Below are positions 1 to 9,350 of a stretch of 64,000 nucleotides of DNA, piece by piece. The stretch is from assembly GCA_965203175.1 (NCBI GenBank), contig OZ241867.1:6432001-6496000 (forward strand), in the 5' to 3' direction. Position numbers and translations under genes: made by a program. Origin of the DNA: Candidatus Latescibacterota bacterium (lineage in GTDB: Bacteria > Latescibacterota > UBA2968 > UBA8231). The notes under the pieces are model-generated. The model searched no databases. It was given only the letters and a program-made list of their open reading frames with translations, and had not been told where the DNA came from. Each line of letters opens with the position of its first letter. Positions within the stretch are counted from its first letter, which is position 1.

Positions 1-2
1 TA

Positions 3-563
3 ATCCGCACCAGCCACCACACGCACTACGTGATCGGCACGGGTGCCAACGACCCGCAGAAAATGGACCCGGACGCCTCGCGCGAGACCCTCGACCACAG
101 CGCCATGTACATCCTCGCCGTCGCCTGGGAGGACGGCGCTTGGCACCACGTGCATTCCTATACCTCGGAGCGCGCCCACCGCCCTTCGACCGTCGCGTTG
201 TGGCACAAGATCCGCACCGAAGAAGTCGCCGAGTGGACTCAAGCCTATCACCACCCAGACCCCGACCACAAGCAGTTCGGTGCCCAAGTCGTCGTCCGCC
301 TTACAGACGGCACCCAGATCGCCGAACGCCTCGACAACCCCAACGCCCACTACCTCGGTGCCCGCCCCTTTGCCCGGCCAGACTACATCGACAAGCTAGC
401 CGTATTAACCGAGGGACTCGTAGCGCCAGCCGAGGTCGATCGCTTTCTAGGACTAGTGGACCGGTTGCCAGATCTAACGCCCGAGGAAGTGGGCCAGCTC
501 AATCTCGTGGCAGCCGAAGGCATGTTGGAAGACGCCAGCAGCCCCCGCGTAGGCATCTTATAG
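3..563 (+). CDS. prpD: MmgE/PrpD family protein (2-methylcitrate dehydratase-like), 5'-partial
   Basis: Frame open from the window edge; [18 protein letters not shown]...ASRETLDHS and [10 protein letters not shown] motifs typical of PrpD. Confidence 0.8.
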   Translation: MRTSHHTHYVIGTGANDPQKMDPDASRETLDHSAMYILAVAWEDGAWHHVHSYTSERAHRPSTVALWHKIRTEEVAEWTQAYHHPDPDHKQFGAQVVVRLTDGTQIAERLDNPNAHYLGARPFARPDYIDKLAVLTEGLVAPAEVDRFLGLVDRLPDLTPEEVGQLNLVAAEGMLEDASSPRVGIL

Positions 564-567
564 CTCA

Positions 568-1863
568 TCAATCCTGGAGCAAATCTTCGCCTTCCGTGCG
601 CGCCACCAGTGCCGTGACTACCAGATCGCTGGTCACGTTAACGGCCGTGCGGCACATGTCGAGCAGGCGATCAACGGCCAAGACAATGGCGATGGCTTCC
701 ACTGGCAAGCCGACTGCGGGCAGGATCAGCGCGATAGCCACCAAGCTGGCCGCGGGAATACCCGCCACGCCGATCGACGTGAGCAAGGCGAGCAATACGA
801 CGATCATCTGCTCTGCAATGCCAAAATCTATGCCAGACGCGAACGCGTACACTTGGGCGATGAACACCACCACCACGCACTCGTACAGTGCCGTGCCGTC
901 CATGTTCACCGTCGCCCCCAACGGCAGGACAAAGCTGGTCACGCGGTTGGAGATGCCGGCTTTTTCAGCGCTGTTAATAGTCACCGGCAAAGTCGCCGAA
1001 GACGACGCAGTCGAAAACGCAGTTAATTGCGCAGGCGCGATCTTGGCGTAGTACTCGTATGGACTGATCCCAGCGACCAAGCGCAGCAGCAGCGGCAACC
1101 AGACGGCAAAATGCACTGCCAGCGCCAGCAATACGGTCAAGAAGAACAGACCCAACGCTTCAAACGCGGCAAAACCGGAGACGAGCAACGTCTTGCCCAC
1201 TAGCGCAAACGCGCCGATGGGTGCAAACCGCATGATCCACATCGTAATCAGGATCATAAGGTCGTGCAGACCGACCCAGAACTGCTGAAGAATGTCGCCC
1301 GCCGGCCCGTTTAGCCGCGACATGAAATACCCGAACACAACCCCGACGAATACCAGCGCCAGCAGTTGCACCTCTAGCACCGCCGCGAAAATGTTGGACG
1401 GTATCGCGCGCTTGAGGACCTCGACCAGATCGCGCATGCCGCGCCCCTCTACCTTGTCCATGACCTGCGACGGATCTGGCAGTGCCGTGCCCAGCGCCCG
1501 CGCCGATTCAGTCTCACCGGGCGCTATGACATTCACGCAAACAAGACCGGTGCAAACCGACAGCAATCCCGTCGCCACGTAAAAGGCCACCGTCTTCCCG
1601 CCGATGCGCCCAAAGGCGTTCTGGCTCGCCATGTTGCGGACGCCAACAATGATCGAAGACAGAATCAACGGCACCACGATCATCTTCAGCGCATTGAGAA
1701 ACAAGCTGCCGAAGAAATCGAGAATTTCCATCAGCGACGCGCCAAACAGCGTCGTACGCTCGTCGGCCAGCCACCCTACTAATGCGGCGAGGACCAGGGC
1801 AATGGCGATCTGCCAGTGCAACGGAATGCCGATAAACCGCGAAAGTGCGCTACGTTGGCTCAT
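568..1863 (-). CDS. Dicarboxylate/amino acid:cation symporter (DAACS family)
   Basis: [27 protein letters not shown] and [15 protein letters not shown] signature motifs; multiple TM segments. Confidence 0.95.
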   Translation of the reverse strand: MSQRSALSRFIGIPLHWQIAIALVLAALVGWLADERTTLFGASLMEILDFFGSLFLNALKMIVVPLILSSIIVGVRNMASQNAFGRIGGKTVAFYVATGLLSVCTGLVCVNVIAPGETESARALGTALPDPSQVMDKVEGRGMRDLVEVLKRAIPSNIFAAVLEVQLLALVFVGVVFGYFMSRLNGPAGDILQQFWVGLHDLMILITMWIMRFAPIGAFALVGKTLLVSGFAAFEALGLFFLTVLLALAVHFAVWLPLLLRLVAGISPYEYYAKIAPAQLTAFSTASSSATLPVTINSAEKAGISNRVTSFVLPLGATVNMDGTALYECVVVVFIAQVYAFASGIDFGIAEQMIVVLLALLTSIGVAGIPAASLVAIALILPAVGLPVEAIAIVLAVDRLLDMCRTAVNVTSDLVVTALVARTEGEDLLQD

Positions 1864-1932
1864 TATCTATTTTTCCTTGGTCAATGGTTGGCCCAATTCG
1901 TACTCTTTCTCTCCAACACTAAGGACAACACC

Positions 1933-3039
1933 ATGATCTACGACGGACACGCCTATTGCTTCCCACCGCCGAGCCGCAACGGGGGCTTCGCCAACCCCGC
2001 CGAGTTCTGGCAGCACTTGCAACTGTTCATGGCCCACGCCCGGCAGCAGCCCTGCTGGCGGCGCGCCGACCGCGCCTCGGCCGACGCCACGGGCCTCTAC
2101 GACCCCGATCGCCCCTGGCGCTTCGATGGCCTGCGGGACGCCGCCTTCCGCACCGGGGACCACGGCCTCGTCGAATGGACGGTGGACGGCGAGGACTACG
2201 TAAAGCAGGCTCTGCCTCCGTGGACGGTGGACTTTGCCTTCTCCGCCGACAGCCTAGTGGCGGAAATGAACTACGCCGGCATCGATCGGGCGCTCCTGCA
2301 CCGCACCCCGTACATGGGTCTCAACGACGAGTACATCGCCGACTGCTGCCAGCGCCATCCAGGGCGGATACAGGGCCTAGCCCACGTGCCCGAATGGTGG
2401 TTCCCCAGCCGGACGGACGACGCCGTCGCCAAGCTGCAACGGGCAATTCGCGACCACGGCCTGTCGGGCCTCCAGTTCATGCCCTTTCACCGGCCCCTCT
2501 ACGACCTCTCCCCCGAGTGGACCGGGCCTGACTTCGATCCTTTGTGGGCAGCCGTGGCCGAACTGGGCATCCCCATGTTCTTCACCCTCGGCGGAGCCAA
2601 CTCACCCGCCGCCTATCTCGACGAGTTGCGCGCGCTGCGCACCTGGATGGACCGCTTCCCCGACATCGATGTAGTCATGACCCACGGCTTCTCCTGGCGG
2701 ATGTTCGCCGACGAAGACCGGCTCCACGTGCCCGACGAGGTGTACGAGGCAGCGCCCATCGGCCACCCGCGCTTCCACATCCAAATCCTCTTCGCCGTGT
2801 TCCTGCAATCGCGCTGGGACTACCCCATGCCACAAATGCGGCCCGTCTTGGAGAAAATGGTCGAACGCATCGGTGCCGATCGCATCCTGTGGGGAACGGA
2901 CATCCCCATCGTCCTGCTGCACTGGACCTACCGCCAGAGCCTCGACTACGTGCGGCACTACTGCCCGTTCATGGGCGAATCCGAAATGGCGGCGATCCTC
3001 GGCGGCAACATGGAACGGCTCCTAGGTCCGGGACAGTAG
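1933..3039 (+). CDS. Amidohydrolase family protein (Amidohydro_2-like)
   Basis: N-terminal MIYDGHAY, C-terminal ADRILWGTDIP...ILGGN; AAGGA RBS before ATG 1933. Confidence 0.85.
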   Translation: MIYDGHAYCFPPPSRNGGFANPAEFWQHLQLFMAHARQQPCWRRADRASADATGLYDPDRPWRFDGLRDAAFRTGDHGLVEWTVDGEDYVKQALPPWTVDFAFSADSLVAEMNYAGIDRALLHRTPYMGLNDEYIADCCQRHPGRIQGLAHVPEWWFPSRTDDAVAKLQRAIRDHGLSGLQFMPFHRPLYDLSPEWTGPDFDPLWAAVAELGIPMFFTLGGANSPAAYLDELRALRTWMDRFPDIDVVMTHGFSWRMFADEDRLHVPDEVYEAAPIGHPRFHIQILFAVFLQSRWDYPMPQMRPVLEKMVERIGADRILWGTDIPIVLLHWTYRQSLDYVRHYCPFMGESEMAAILGGNMERLLGPGQ

Positions 3040-3081
3040 CCTACCTCGTTAGACGCTGCACAGGTACAAAATCCGCAGAAA

Positions 3082-5046
3082 TTACTTTAACAACGTCAGC
3101 GACCGACTCTCTTGGTAATTGCCTGCGGTAAGCTGGTATACATAGGTGCCGCTGGCCACGGCTCGGCCACGGTCATCGCGCCCGTCCCACTGCACCTCGT
3201 AGCGTCCCGCTGCCAACCAGTCCTGCATCAAATCGCGGATCCTCTGTCCGGCGGCATTGTAAATGGCCAGTTCCACTAGCCCTTCGCCACCCACCTCGTA
3301 GGCGATGGTCGTGTTAGAGTTGAAAGGGTTGGGATAATTCTGCGCCAGCGCGTACCCGTCGGGCACACTGCTACTTTCTTCCTCCACAGCGGTGACCGAA
3401 CTGGGCAGGGTAATCTCCCACAAACCGCGACCGCCACTCCACTCGATCACGTAGATCTTGTTGTCGATGATCTCGGCGTCAATAGGGCCACTGAAACCCT
3501 CTACAATCCGAGTCATGCGCGCCTGATAGTTATCTCCCACCTTCTCCAAGTCCATGTGGATGAGGTCCTCGTCCGGATCGTTGAAGGGGTTGATCAGGTT
3601 GCAGCAGTCCCCGCCGATGCGCAACACAAAGCCGTCGCCGCGAAACTCGGGTGCTAAAACCTTTTCTACGTCAAAGACCAGTCCCAACGGCGAACTATGC
3701 GGCGTAAAAGTATAAGCTGCTCCGCCCTCGTCGCTGGCGTCGCGCACCTCGCCCGTGCTCGGGTCGCGGTAGCGGTCGGCGTCGGGCCCTAAATTGAGGA
3801 CCGGATCGGCAAAACGGTCTACTGGCGGGGGCGGGTAGGTCGGATCGTTGTAAAATAGGCCGCGATCCCTAGCGTCCGAGCGGGTCAGCAGGAGCAAGTC
3901 CGCGGCCGGGTCGTAGTCGGGGAAGCGCTGGGCTGTGTCCATTGCCCCCATGCGCCAAGGGAAGCCATAGTGCAGCCCCTGCCGCACCCAGCAGACCTCG
4001 TCGGCCATATCGCTGTCCGGGCCATTGTCCGCGGCGAACAGATCGCCGTTGGCGGCAAAGGCCATGTCAAAGGCATTGCGAAATCCATCGGCGTACAAGT
4101 AGCCCGAAGCCTGTAGAGCCTCCTCAGCGGCCGGAATCAAAAGATCCTCGCCATCCGCCGGCACCCGCAAAATGGCCGACGACAAGGGCAACTCGCGCGC
4201 CCCGGCAAAAGCCCCATCCTCGGACAGCTCGCCGTGGTCAGTGCGAGATCCCGAATTGACGTACACAAAGCGATCGTCCGGGCTGAGGACAATGGCCGGA
4301 TGGGGATGGTTCTTGGTGCCGGGAGGAATGCGCTCAGTGCGGGCCACCGTAGTCCACTCAATGTTCTCTCCGTTGCGCACCCCACGCACTACATTTATGA
4401 CCTTGTTGCCGCTGTTGCCGCCAATATAGAACGTGCCGTCCCCCGCAATATCAAAGCCCTGGGTATCGTTGAGCTTGTGGTCCGCGGAAGTAGCAATTCG
4501 CTCTTCTCCCGAAGCATTGGCCGCCTCCACGTCGAGCACCACGTACAGGGCACCTTCGGCGTCGAAGTAGATAGCTCGTGGGAAGGCGATGCCATAGTCG
4601 GCTAGATTGGCCACTTCTTTGTTCGGTGGGGTGATGATGCGGTTGTTGCGCGTATCGAGGACGTGGATTTTATCTTCGATCGGATCGGTCGCCCGAGTTG
4701 CAGCCGCCGCAGCCGCGGCGCGGATTTCGTCGATGGGTACTCCTTCGGGCACCCCCTCTGTGGGACGGAACTGAGTCCAAGTCCACGCTCCCTCGGCGTT
4801 GCGCACCCCTCGGGCGATGGTCTCGCCGATGCGCTCGTCCTCACCCTTGATCCGAATGCGGTAAATAGCCCCCGTAGCCGTGAGAGTGTACAGACTGTTG
4901 TCGCGCGGGTCCTTGGCAATGCGCATGGTCCGCCGGCTCACATCGAGCACGTGGCGGACTTGAACATCGTCGCGCAGGGGCCGGGGATCGGCACCGGCAG
5001 CGCTTAAAGTCCAGCCGATTAGGACTATTACGATAATCTTTCGCAA
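3082..5046 (-). CDS. Secreted glucose/sorbosone (PQQ-type) dehydrogenase-like beta-propeller with FlgD/T9SS-A-like CTD
   Basis: Signal peptide; YADGFRNAFDMAF...DNGPD...HYGFPW, HSSPLGLVF; CTD QNYPNPFN...WDGRDDRGRAVASGTYVYQL; GAGGAG RBS before TTG. Confidence 0.8.
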   Translation of the reverse strand: MRKIIVIVLIGWTLSAAGADPRPLRDDVQVRHVLDVSRRTMRIAKDPRDNSLYTLTATGAIYRIRIKGEDERIGETIARGVRNAEGAWTWTQFRPTEGVPEGVPIDEIRAAAAAAATRATDPIEDKIHVLDTRNNRIITPPNKEVANLADYGIAFPRAIYFDAEGALYVVLDVEAANASGEERIATSADHKLNDTQGFDIAGDGTFYIGGNSGNKVINVVRGVRNGENIEWTTVARTERIPPGTKNHPHPAIVLSPDDRFVYVNSGSRTDHGELSEDGAFAGARELPLSSAILRVPADGEDLLIPAAEEALQASGYLYADGFRNAFDMAFAANGDLFAADNGPDSDMADEVCWVRQGLHYGFPWRMGAMDTAQRFPDYDPAADLLLLTRSDARDRGLFYNDPTYPPPPVDRFADPVLNLGPDADRYRDPSTGEVRDASDEGGAAYTFTPHSSPLGLVFDVEKVLAPEFRGDGFVLRIGGDCCNLINPFNDPDEDLIHMDLEKVGDNYQARMTRIVEGFSGPIDAEIIDNKIYVIEWSGGRGLWEITLPSSVTAVEEESSSVPDGYALAQNYPNPFNSNTTIAYEVGGEGLVELAIYNAAGQRIRDLMQDWLAAGRYEVQWDGRDDRGRAVASGTYVYQLTAGNYQESRSLTLLK

Positions 5047-5081
5047 TGTGAACGCTCCTCGCAGATGAGATAAATTGGATT

Positions 5082-6536
5082 CTAGCGCACCAGTATCAAC
5101 TGCCGGGCTGCCGAGTAGTCCCCTATTCGCAGACGATAGAGGTACGTGCCGCTGGCGGCCAAGCCGCCGTCTTCTGTCCGGCCATCCCAGCGCACAGTAT
5201 AAGACCCCGGTGCCTGCTCGGCCTGTACTAAGGTGCGCACTTTCTGGCCCACCGCATCGTATAGGGCCAATTCCACTGGACCGGTTTCCCCAACTTTATA
5301 GACGATGGTGGTATAGGCATTGAAGGGATTGGGGAAGTTCTGCTCTAAGCCAGCCTCTTCTGATACAGTCGCCAGTCCTTGTACGGCAGTAGGCTGGTCC
5401 ATACTGGCGATCCAGCGGCGGATGATATCGCTGCCTTCCCAATCAACCAAGGTGGAGGCCACCGGCGGCATGCGGTTGGAGGAAAAGGTGAGCAGGCGCA
5501 AGTACAGGGTGGAGTTATCTGGGTTGCCTGGGTCGATGATAAACCCTTCTTCAGTACCCAAAGCACCCAAGGAAGGCACCCAGTTTAAGGTATTGGTCTC
5601 CTCTAAGAGGGTGTCGTACCGCAGGTCGATGGTCGAGCGGCTGACTACATTGGGACGATGGCAGTGAGCGCAGTTGGCCGCCAGATAGGCGCGACTGCGG
5701 TCCGCCAGCGGCAGGCTTTCATCGGTGGGGTCGGCCCACTGGGGGAAGCCGTCGTAATTCTCGCCTATATCCTCAGTGAACAAACCAATGTGGTTTAAGG
5801 TGCGCAATTGGTTATCTACAATGCCGCCGTAGTCGTACGAGCGATTCATCTGGGCCGTATTGAGCCCCAAGACATAGCCAGCCGGTCCGGTATGACACAA
5901 GGCGCAATCTTCGGGTCCGGGGTAGAAATGCACGTATTCGCGGAAGCCGTCTTCGGCTTCCGGGTCGGCGATGAGATAGGACTGGGTCGCCTCCTCTTCG
6001 AGCAATATCGCGTCCTTGCCCTCCAGATCCCACATATAGCTAAAGCCGTCCCATGCATCAGCTTGGCTGCGCTTGACCAAAAAGCGCGTCTCGACAATAT
6101 GCCGACTGTCCAAATTACCCTTTTCCAACTCTATGTAGAAATTTTTCACCACCACCGCGTTGGGGGGAAATTTCCAGATGCCCGAGGCGGAAAACTCAAT
6201 CTGGCTCTGCCCAGGTAGAGCGATAAAGCGAGTCTTGGCCGTCCCGTCGGACCACAGTACTGAATTGACCTCGTAGGGAATGAGTCCCGAAGCCGGGGTC
6301 TGGGCCGCCACATTGCTAAACAGGCCCGACTCGGAGACGGTCTGGGGCACTCGTCCCTCGACCGGAGCGATGAGCAAAGAATGGTTCGGCACCCTTTCTT
6401 GCAGGCCGTACGGGGCCTGGGCTAGGACGGCCGGAGGGGCCATCAGGGCTGGTAAAACAATGAACAGCAGCATGACCGTCCGGCTTTGGGAGACGGCGAA
6501 ACAGGAGAAGTAAAATCGCTTACTCCAGTCCCTCAC
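5082..6536 (-). CDS. Secreted diheme c-type cytochrome (SO2930-like) with FlgD/T9SS-A-like CTD
   Basis: Two CxxCH (CALCH, CAHCH); LIPYEVNSVLWSDGTAKTRFIALP, RMPP motif; QNFPNPFN CTD; GTG start assumed to overlap upstream TGA. Confidence 0.8.
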   Translation of the reverse strand: MRDWSKRFYFSCFAVSQSRTVMLLFIVLPALMAPPAVLAQAPYGLQERVPNHSLLIAPVEGRVPQTVSESGLFSNVAAQTPASGLIPYEVNSVLWSDGTAKTRFIALPGQSQIEFSASGIWKFPPNAVVVKNFYIELEKGNLDSRHIVETRFLVKRSQADAWDGFSYMWDLEGKDAILLEEEATQSYLIADPEAEDGFREYVHFYPGPEDCALCHTGPAGYVLGLNTAQMNRSYDYGGIVDNQLRTLNHIGLFTEDIGENYDGFPQWADPTDESLPLADRSRAYLAANCAHCHRPNVVSRSTIDLRYDTLLEETNTLNWVPSLGALGTEEGFIIDPGNPDNSTLYLRLLTFSSNRMPPVASTLVDWEGSDIIRRWIASMDQPTAVQGLATVSEEAGLEQNFPNPFNAYTTIVYKVGETGPVELALYDAVGQKVRTLVQAEQAPGSYTVRWDGRTEDGGLAASGTYLYRLRIGDYSAARQLILVR

Positions 6537-7750
6537 TCCAACACCGACCCCTCCTTTTCCACCCGCCCGTACATGCGCGCGAATTCCTCGGACCCATCGT
6601 CGTGCCACACCTCAAAAGACAAACCCCGGATGGTTCCCTCGGCAAAGCCAGTCAAAGCATCTATCGGCGGGATGCTAGCCGTGTAGAGCACGTGTCCGTC
6701 CGGCAGGCGCAGCTTGCCCAAGTGCCGGGGGATTTCCGCGGGGCCGCGCTGCGCCAAGCGCGCAATGACCGCTTCGTCCACCTCCACTCCGAGGCCCGGC
6801 CCCTCCGGCACGGGCGAACAGCCTTCGACGATCTCAATGCGCTGCCGGGCCGCGTCTTCCTCGTACTGGTCGTCGAGATTGATCGAGTGGGCCGCTGTGG
6901 GCAATACAGCCGCCAAGTGCAGCGCCAACGCCTTGGCCAAGGTGCCCCCGGTTAGCTGCACCACCACCTGCATATTGGCTTTGCCATAGGCCAAACCGCG
7001 CACCAACGCATCGCCAAACCCGCCGCAGTACTCGGCCACGATATACGCATCGGCCATCCCCTGTACGACTTCCTGCAACCCACCCAGCGGTGGCACGTGC
7101 ATAACCAATGGCACACCGCATTGGGCGCGGAGCCGCCGCCAGCCTTCTACATCGCTCAGCACCAAGGGATCCTCGATATAGCCCACTACGGGCGATTTTT
7201 CGAGCTGTTTGACGATGGGCAACACCGTGGCCAAGGTGCGGTTGGAGTTGAAGTCGTACTGCATCTTGAAGCCGGGAGGCGCCACATCCTCTACCGCGCG
7301 GTTTTGCTCGAACACATCGTGGTGCTGACAAGTGTGCATCTTGAACAGCCGATAGCCTTGATCGGCAGCGCGGACGATTTCGCGGCTCAGCTCCTCGGGA
7401 TCAGCGGGCCGAGTCCACGCCGCCACGGGCACGCGGTCGCGCACTTTTGGACCCATCAGCTTGTAGGCCGGCACTTCGAGGTACTGGCCCATCACGTCGT
7501 ACAAGGCCCCGGCCAAGCCGAGGTGGACCTCGCTGCCCAAAAAGTCGAAGGGACTGCGCCCGATGAGGCCCTCCACGCTCTGCGCGGGCGGCGGCGTGCA
7601 GCGATACTCGCCCCAACCCACCAAGCCGTTGTCGGTTTGCACCTTGAAGAAGGTGCGCTGGTCAATGGAGCGGAAGCGCACGGCGTGCTCGTCATTGCGG
7701 GCGGCGAGCGGCACGTGCGCAGGAATGATGTCAACATCGGTGATTTTCAC
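6533..7750 (-). CDS. Mandelate racemase/muconate lactonizing enzyme family (enolase superfamily)
   Basis: KITDV N-terminus, GLVGWGE, KMH, YDFN, IEDP, VPEGPGLGVEVD; GAGGAG RBS before GTG 7750. Confidence 0.88.
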   Translation of the reverse strand: MKITDVDIIPAHVPLAARNDEHAVRFRSIDQRTFFKVQTDNGLVGWGEYRCTPPPAQSVEGLIGRSPFDFLGSEVHLGLAGALYDVMGQYLEVPAYKLMGPKVRDRVPVAAWTRPADPEELSREIVRAADQGYRLFKMHTCQHHDVFEQNRAVEDVAPPGFKMQYDFNSNRTLATVLPIVKQLEKSPVVGYIEDPLVLSDVEGWRRLRAQCGVPLVMHVPPLGGLQEVVQGMADAYIVAEYCGGFGDALVRGLAYGKANMQVVVQLTGGTLAKALALHLAAVLPTAAHSINLDDQYEEDAARQRIEIVEGCSPVPEGPGLGVEVDEAVIARLAQRGPAEIPRHLGKLRLPDGHVLYTASIPPIDALTGFAEGTIRGLSFEVWHDDGSEEFARMYGRVEKEGSVLE

Positions 7751-7842
7751 GGTTGTTCTCCTCGGCGCATAAGTGAGATTGCGTTGGTAGAAAAATTGAC
7801 GATCCATCGCCGTCGGCCTTAACTTACCCCATCCCACCCCCA

Positions 7843-7857
7843 TCGCCAAAGACGGTC
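7843..7857 (+). repeat. 15-bp direct repeat, left copy (TCGCCAAAGACGGTC), flanking hicBA
   Basis: Identical to 8420-8434. Confidence 0.9.
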
Positions 7858-7933
7858 ATTTTACCTATACTTTTTGACAGATCGTGGGATAGAAAGAGTA
7901 CAGTACCGACAACTGTGAAAGTAGAGGTGCAGC

Positions 7934-8167
7934 TTGGCGACATACGTAATTACTGCAGAGATCGAGCAAGATGAGGACGGTCGGTGGAGTGCTTGGATTG
8001 ACGCGCTGCCGGGATGTGCCGCTTGGGGCCACACCCGCGAGGAAGCCCTACTGGCACTGCAGGACGCCGCCGATGCGTACATCGAAGATATGGAAGAAAC
8101 GGATGAACAGGTTCAGGAACGTGGCATCGAAGTGGTAGATTCTCCTCTCGTCGTCGTCACGCGATGA
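7934..8167 (+). CDS. hicB: HicB family antitoxin (short, no DNA-binding domain)
   Basis: EQDEDGRWSAWIDALPGCAAWGHTREEAL...AYIE pattern; overlaps next gene (ATGA). Confidence 0.88.
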   Translation: MATYVITAEIEQDEDGRWSAWIDALPGCAAWGHTREEALLALQDAADAYIEDMEETDEQVQERGIEVVDSPLVVVTR

Positions 8168-8418
8168 ATCTGCGTCCTGACCTGTTTCGGCAACTCAGGA
8201 CTGTCACCGCGCGCAGCTTGGTACGAGCACTGGAAAAGGATGGCTTTACGTATAGGAGAAGGAAAGGATCCGGCAGAGTCTATCGTAGCGAAGATGGTCG
8301 CCGCGTTATACTTCACTACCATACGTCGGGTGATACATTCCCAGTTGGCACTCTACGGAGCATGCTAAAAGGAACTCGATGGACCGAAGACGACCTCCGC
8401 CGTTTACGGCTTATTTGA
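8164..8418 (+). CDS. hicA: HicA family toxin
   Basis: LVRALEKDGF..R.KGS..GRRVILHYH..DTFPVGTLRSML pattern; coupled to hicB. Confidence 0.82.
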   Translation: MNLRPDLFRQLRTVTARSLVRALEKDGFTYRRRKGSGRVYRSEDGRRVILHYHTSGDTFPVGTLRSMLKGTRWTEDDLRRLRLI

Positions 8419-8419
8419 G

Positions 8420-8434
8420 TCGCCAAAGACGGTC
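8420..8434 (+). repeat. 15-bp direct repeat, right copy
   Basis: Identical to 7843-7857. Confidence 0.9.
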
Positions 8435-8440
8435 CAACCC

Positions 8441-9346
8441 ATGCCTTCTTACATATCTGCTTACGACACCGAAGCCGTGTACGCTTGGTGGGACGCGCCG
8501 CTCGGGCCGGGCTACCAAGGCCGGATCAGCTACGAGGGAGAGCGGCTGGCCGAGTGCATTGCCGGCGTCCGGGCCGTGGCCCAAGTGCATCTAGAGCGGC
8601 AAGCGCCCGCCTCTTTTTTTATCGTCGCCGAGTTGTTGCAGCATGCCGCATCCGAATTTCGCGCCATCCTCGACGAGCCCCTTTTTGACATCCAATGCCA
8701 CTCGTTCACCCACAAAGACCTAATCAGTTTAGCCGATGACCAAGCCGCCTTACAGTATGAGTTAGTCGATTCCAAAAAACTGATCGAAGACACCTTCTCC
8801 CGCCCAGTGATCGGCTTGACCGCACCTGGTGGCTACACCCGAGGCTTCATCGGCCAAGAGCGCATCCTGCACGTGATGTGGGAGACCGGCTACCGCTACA
8901 TGCGCACAGTGGGAGCTGGGCCAGACGGAACCATGCCCGCGCCACTCAACCGGCCCTTCTGGTACGCCCGCGAGGGCTTTCCCGGCCTCCTCGAAATGCC
9001 CTCGCACGCCTGGCACGACAACATCCTCACTGGGCAGCCAGGCAAAGTACTGTGGCCGCCGCAATTCCCCTGGCCCTATCCGGCGCACATGCCCGAAGAC
9101 GCCCAAGGCGTGTACGCAGCCTACGCCCCGGGCATCGACTACGTGCAACAAGCAGACCTGCCCTACTACTTGCCCATCTTCCACCCTTGGTCCGTCTATC
9201 GCATCGACCGCCGCGCACGGCAACTCGACCTCCTCTTGCGCCACGCGCAAACGGAAAACCTCCCCCTCGTCTCCTGCACCCAACAGTACGAACACGCCCT
9301 AGCGCATAAATCCCAAATCCCCGACGCCTCGCCAGACGATCTATAA
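8441..9346 (+). CDS. Polysaccharide deacetylase (NodB/CE4-like) family protein
   Basis: AYDTE, ASFFIVA, IQCHSFTH, GLTAPGG, IFHPW motifs. Confidence 0.8.
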   Translation: MPSYISAYDTEAVYAWWDAPLGPGYQGRISYEGERLAECIAGVRAVAQVHLERQAPASFFIVAELLQHAASEFRAILDEPLFDIQCHSFTHKDLISLADDQAALQYELVDSKKLIEDTFSRPVIGLTAPGGYTRGFIGQERILHVMWETGYRYMRTVGAGPDGTMPAPLNRPFWYAREGFPGLLEMPSHAWHDNILTGQPGKVLWPPQFPWPYPAHMPEDAQGVYAAYAPGIDYVQQADLPYYLPIFHPWSVYRIDRRARQLDLLLRHAQTENLPLVSCTQQYEHALAHKSQIPDASPDDL

Positions 9347-9350
9347 CCCC

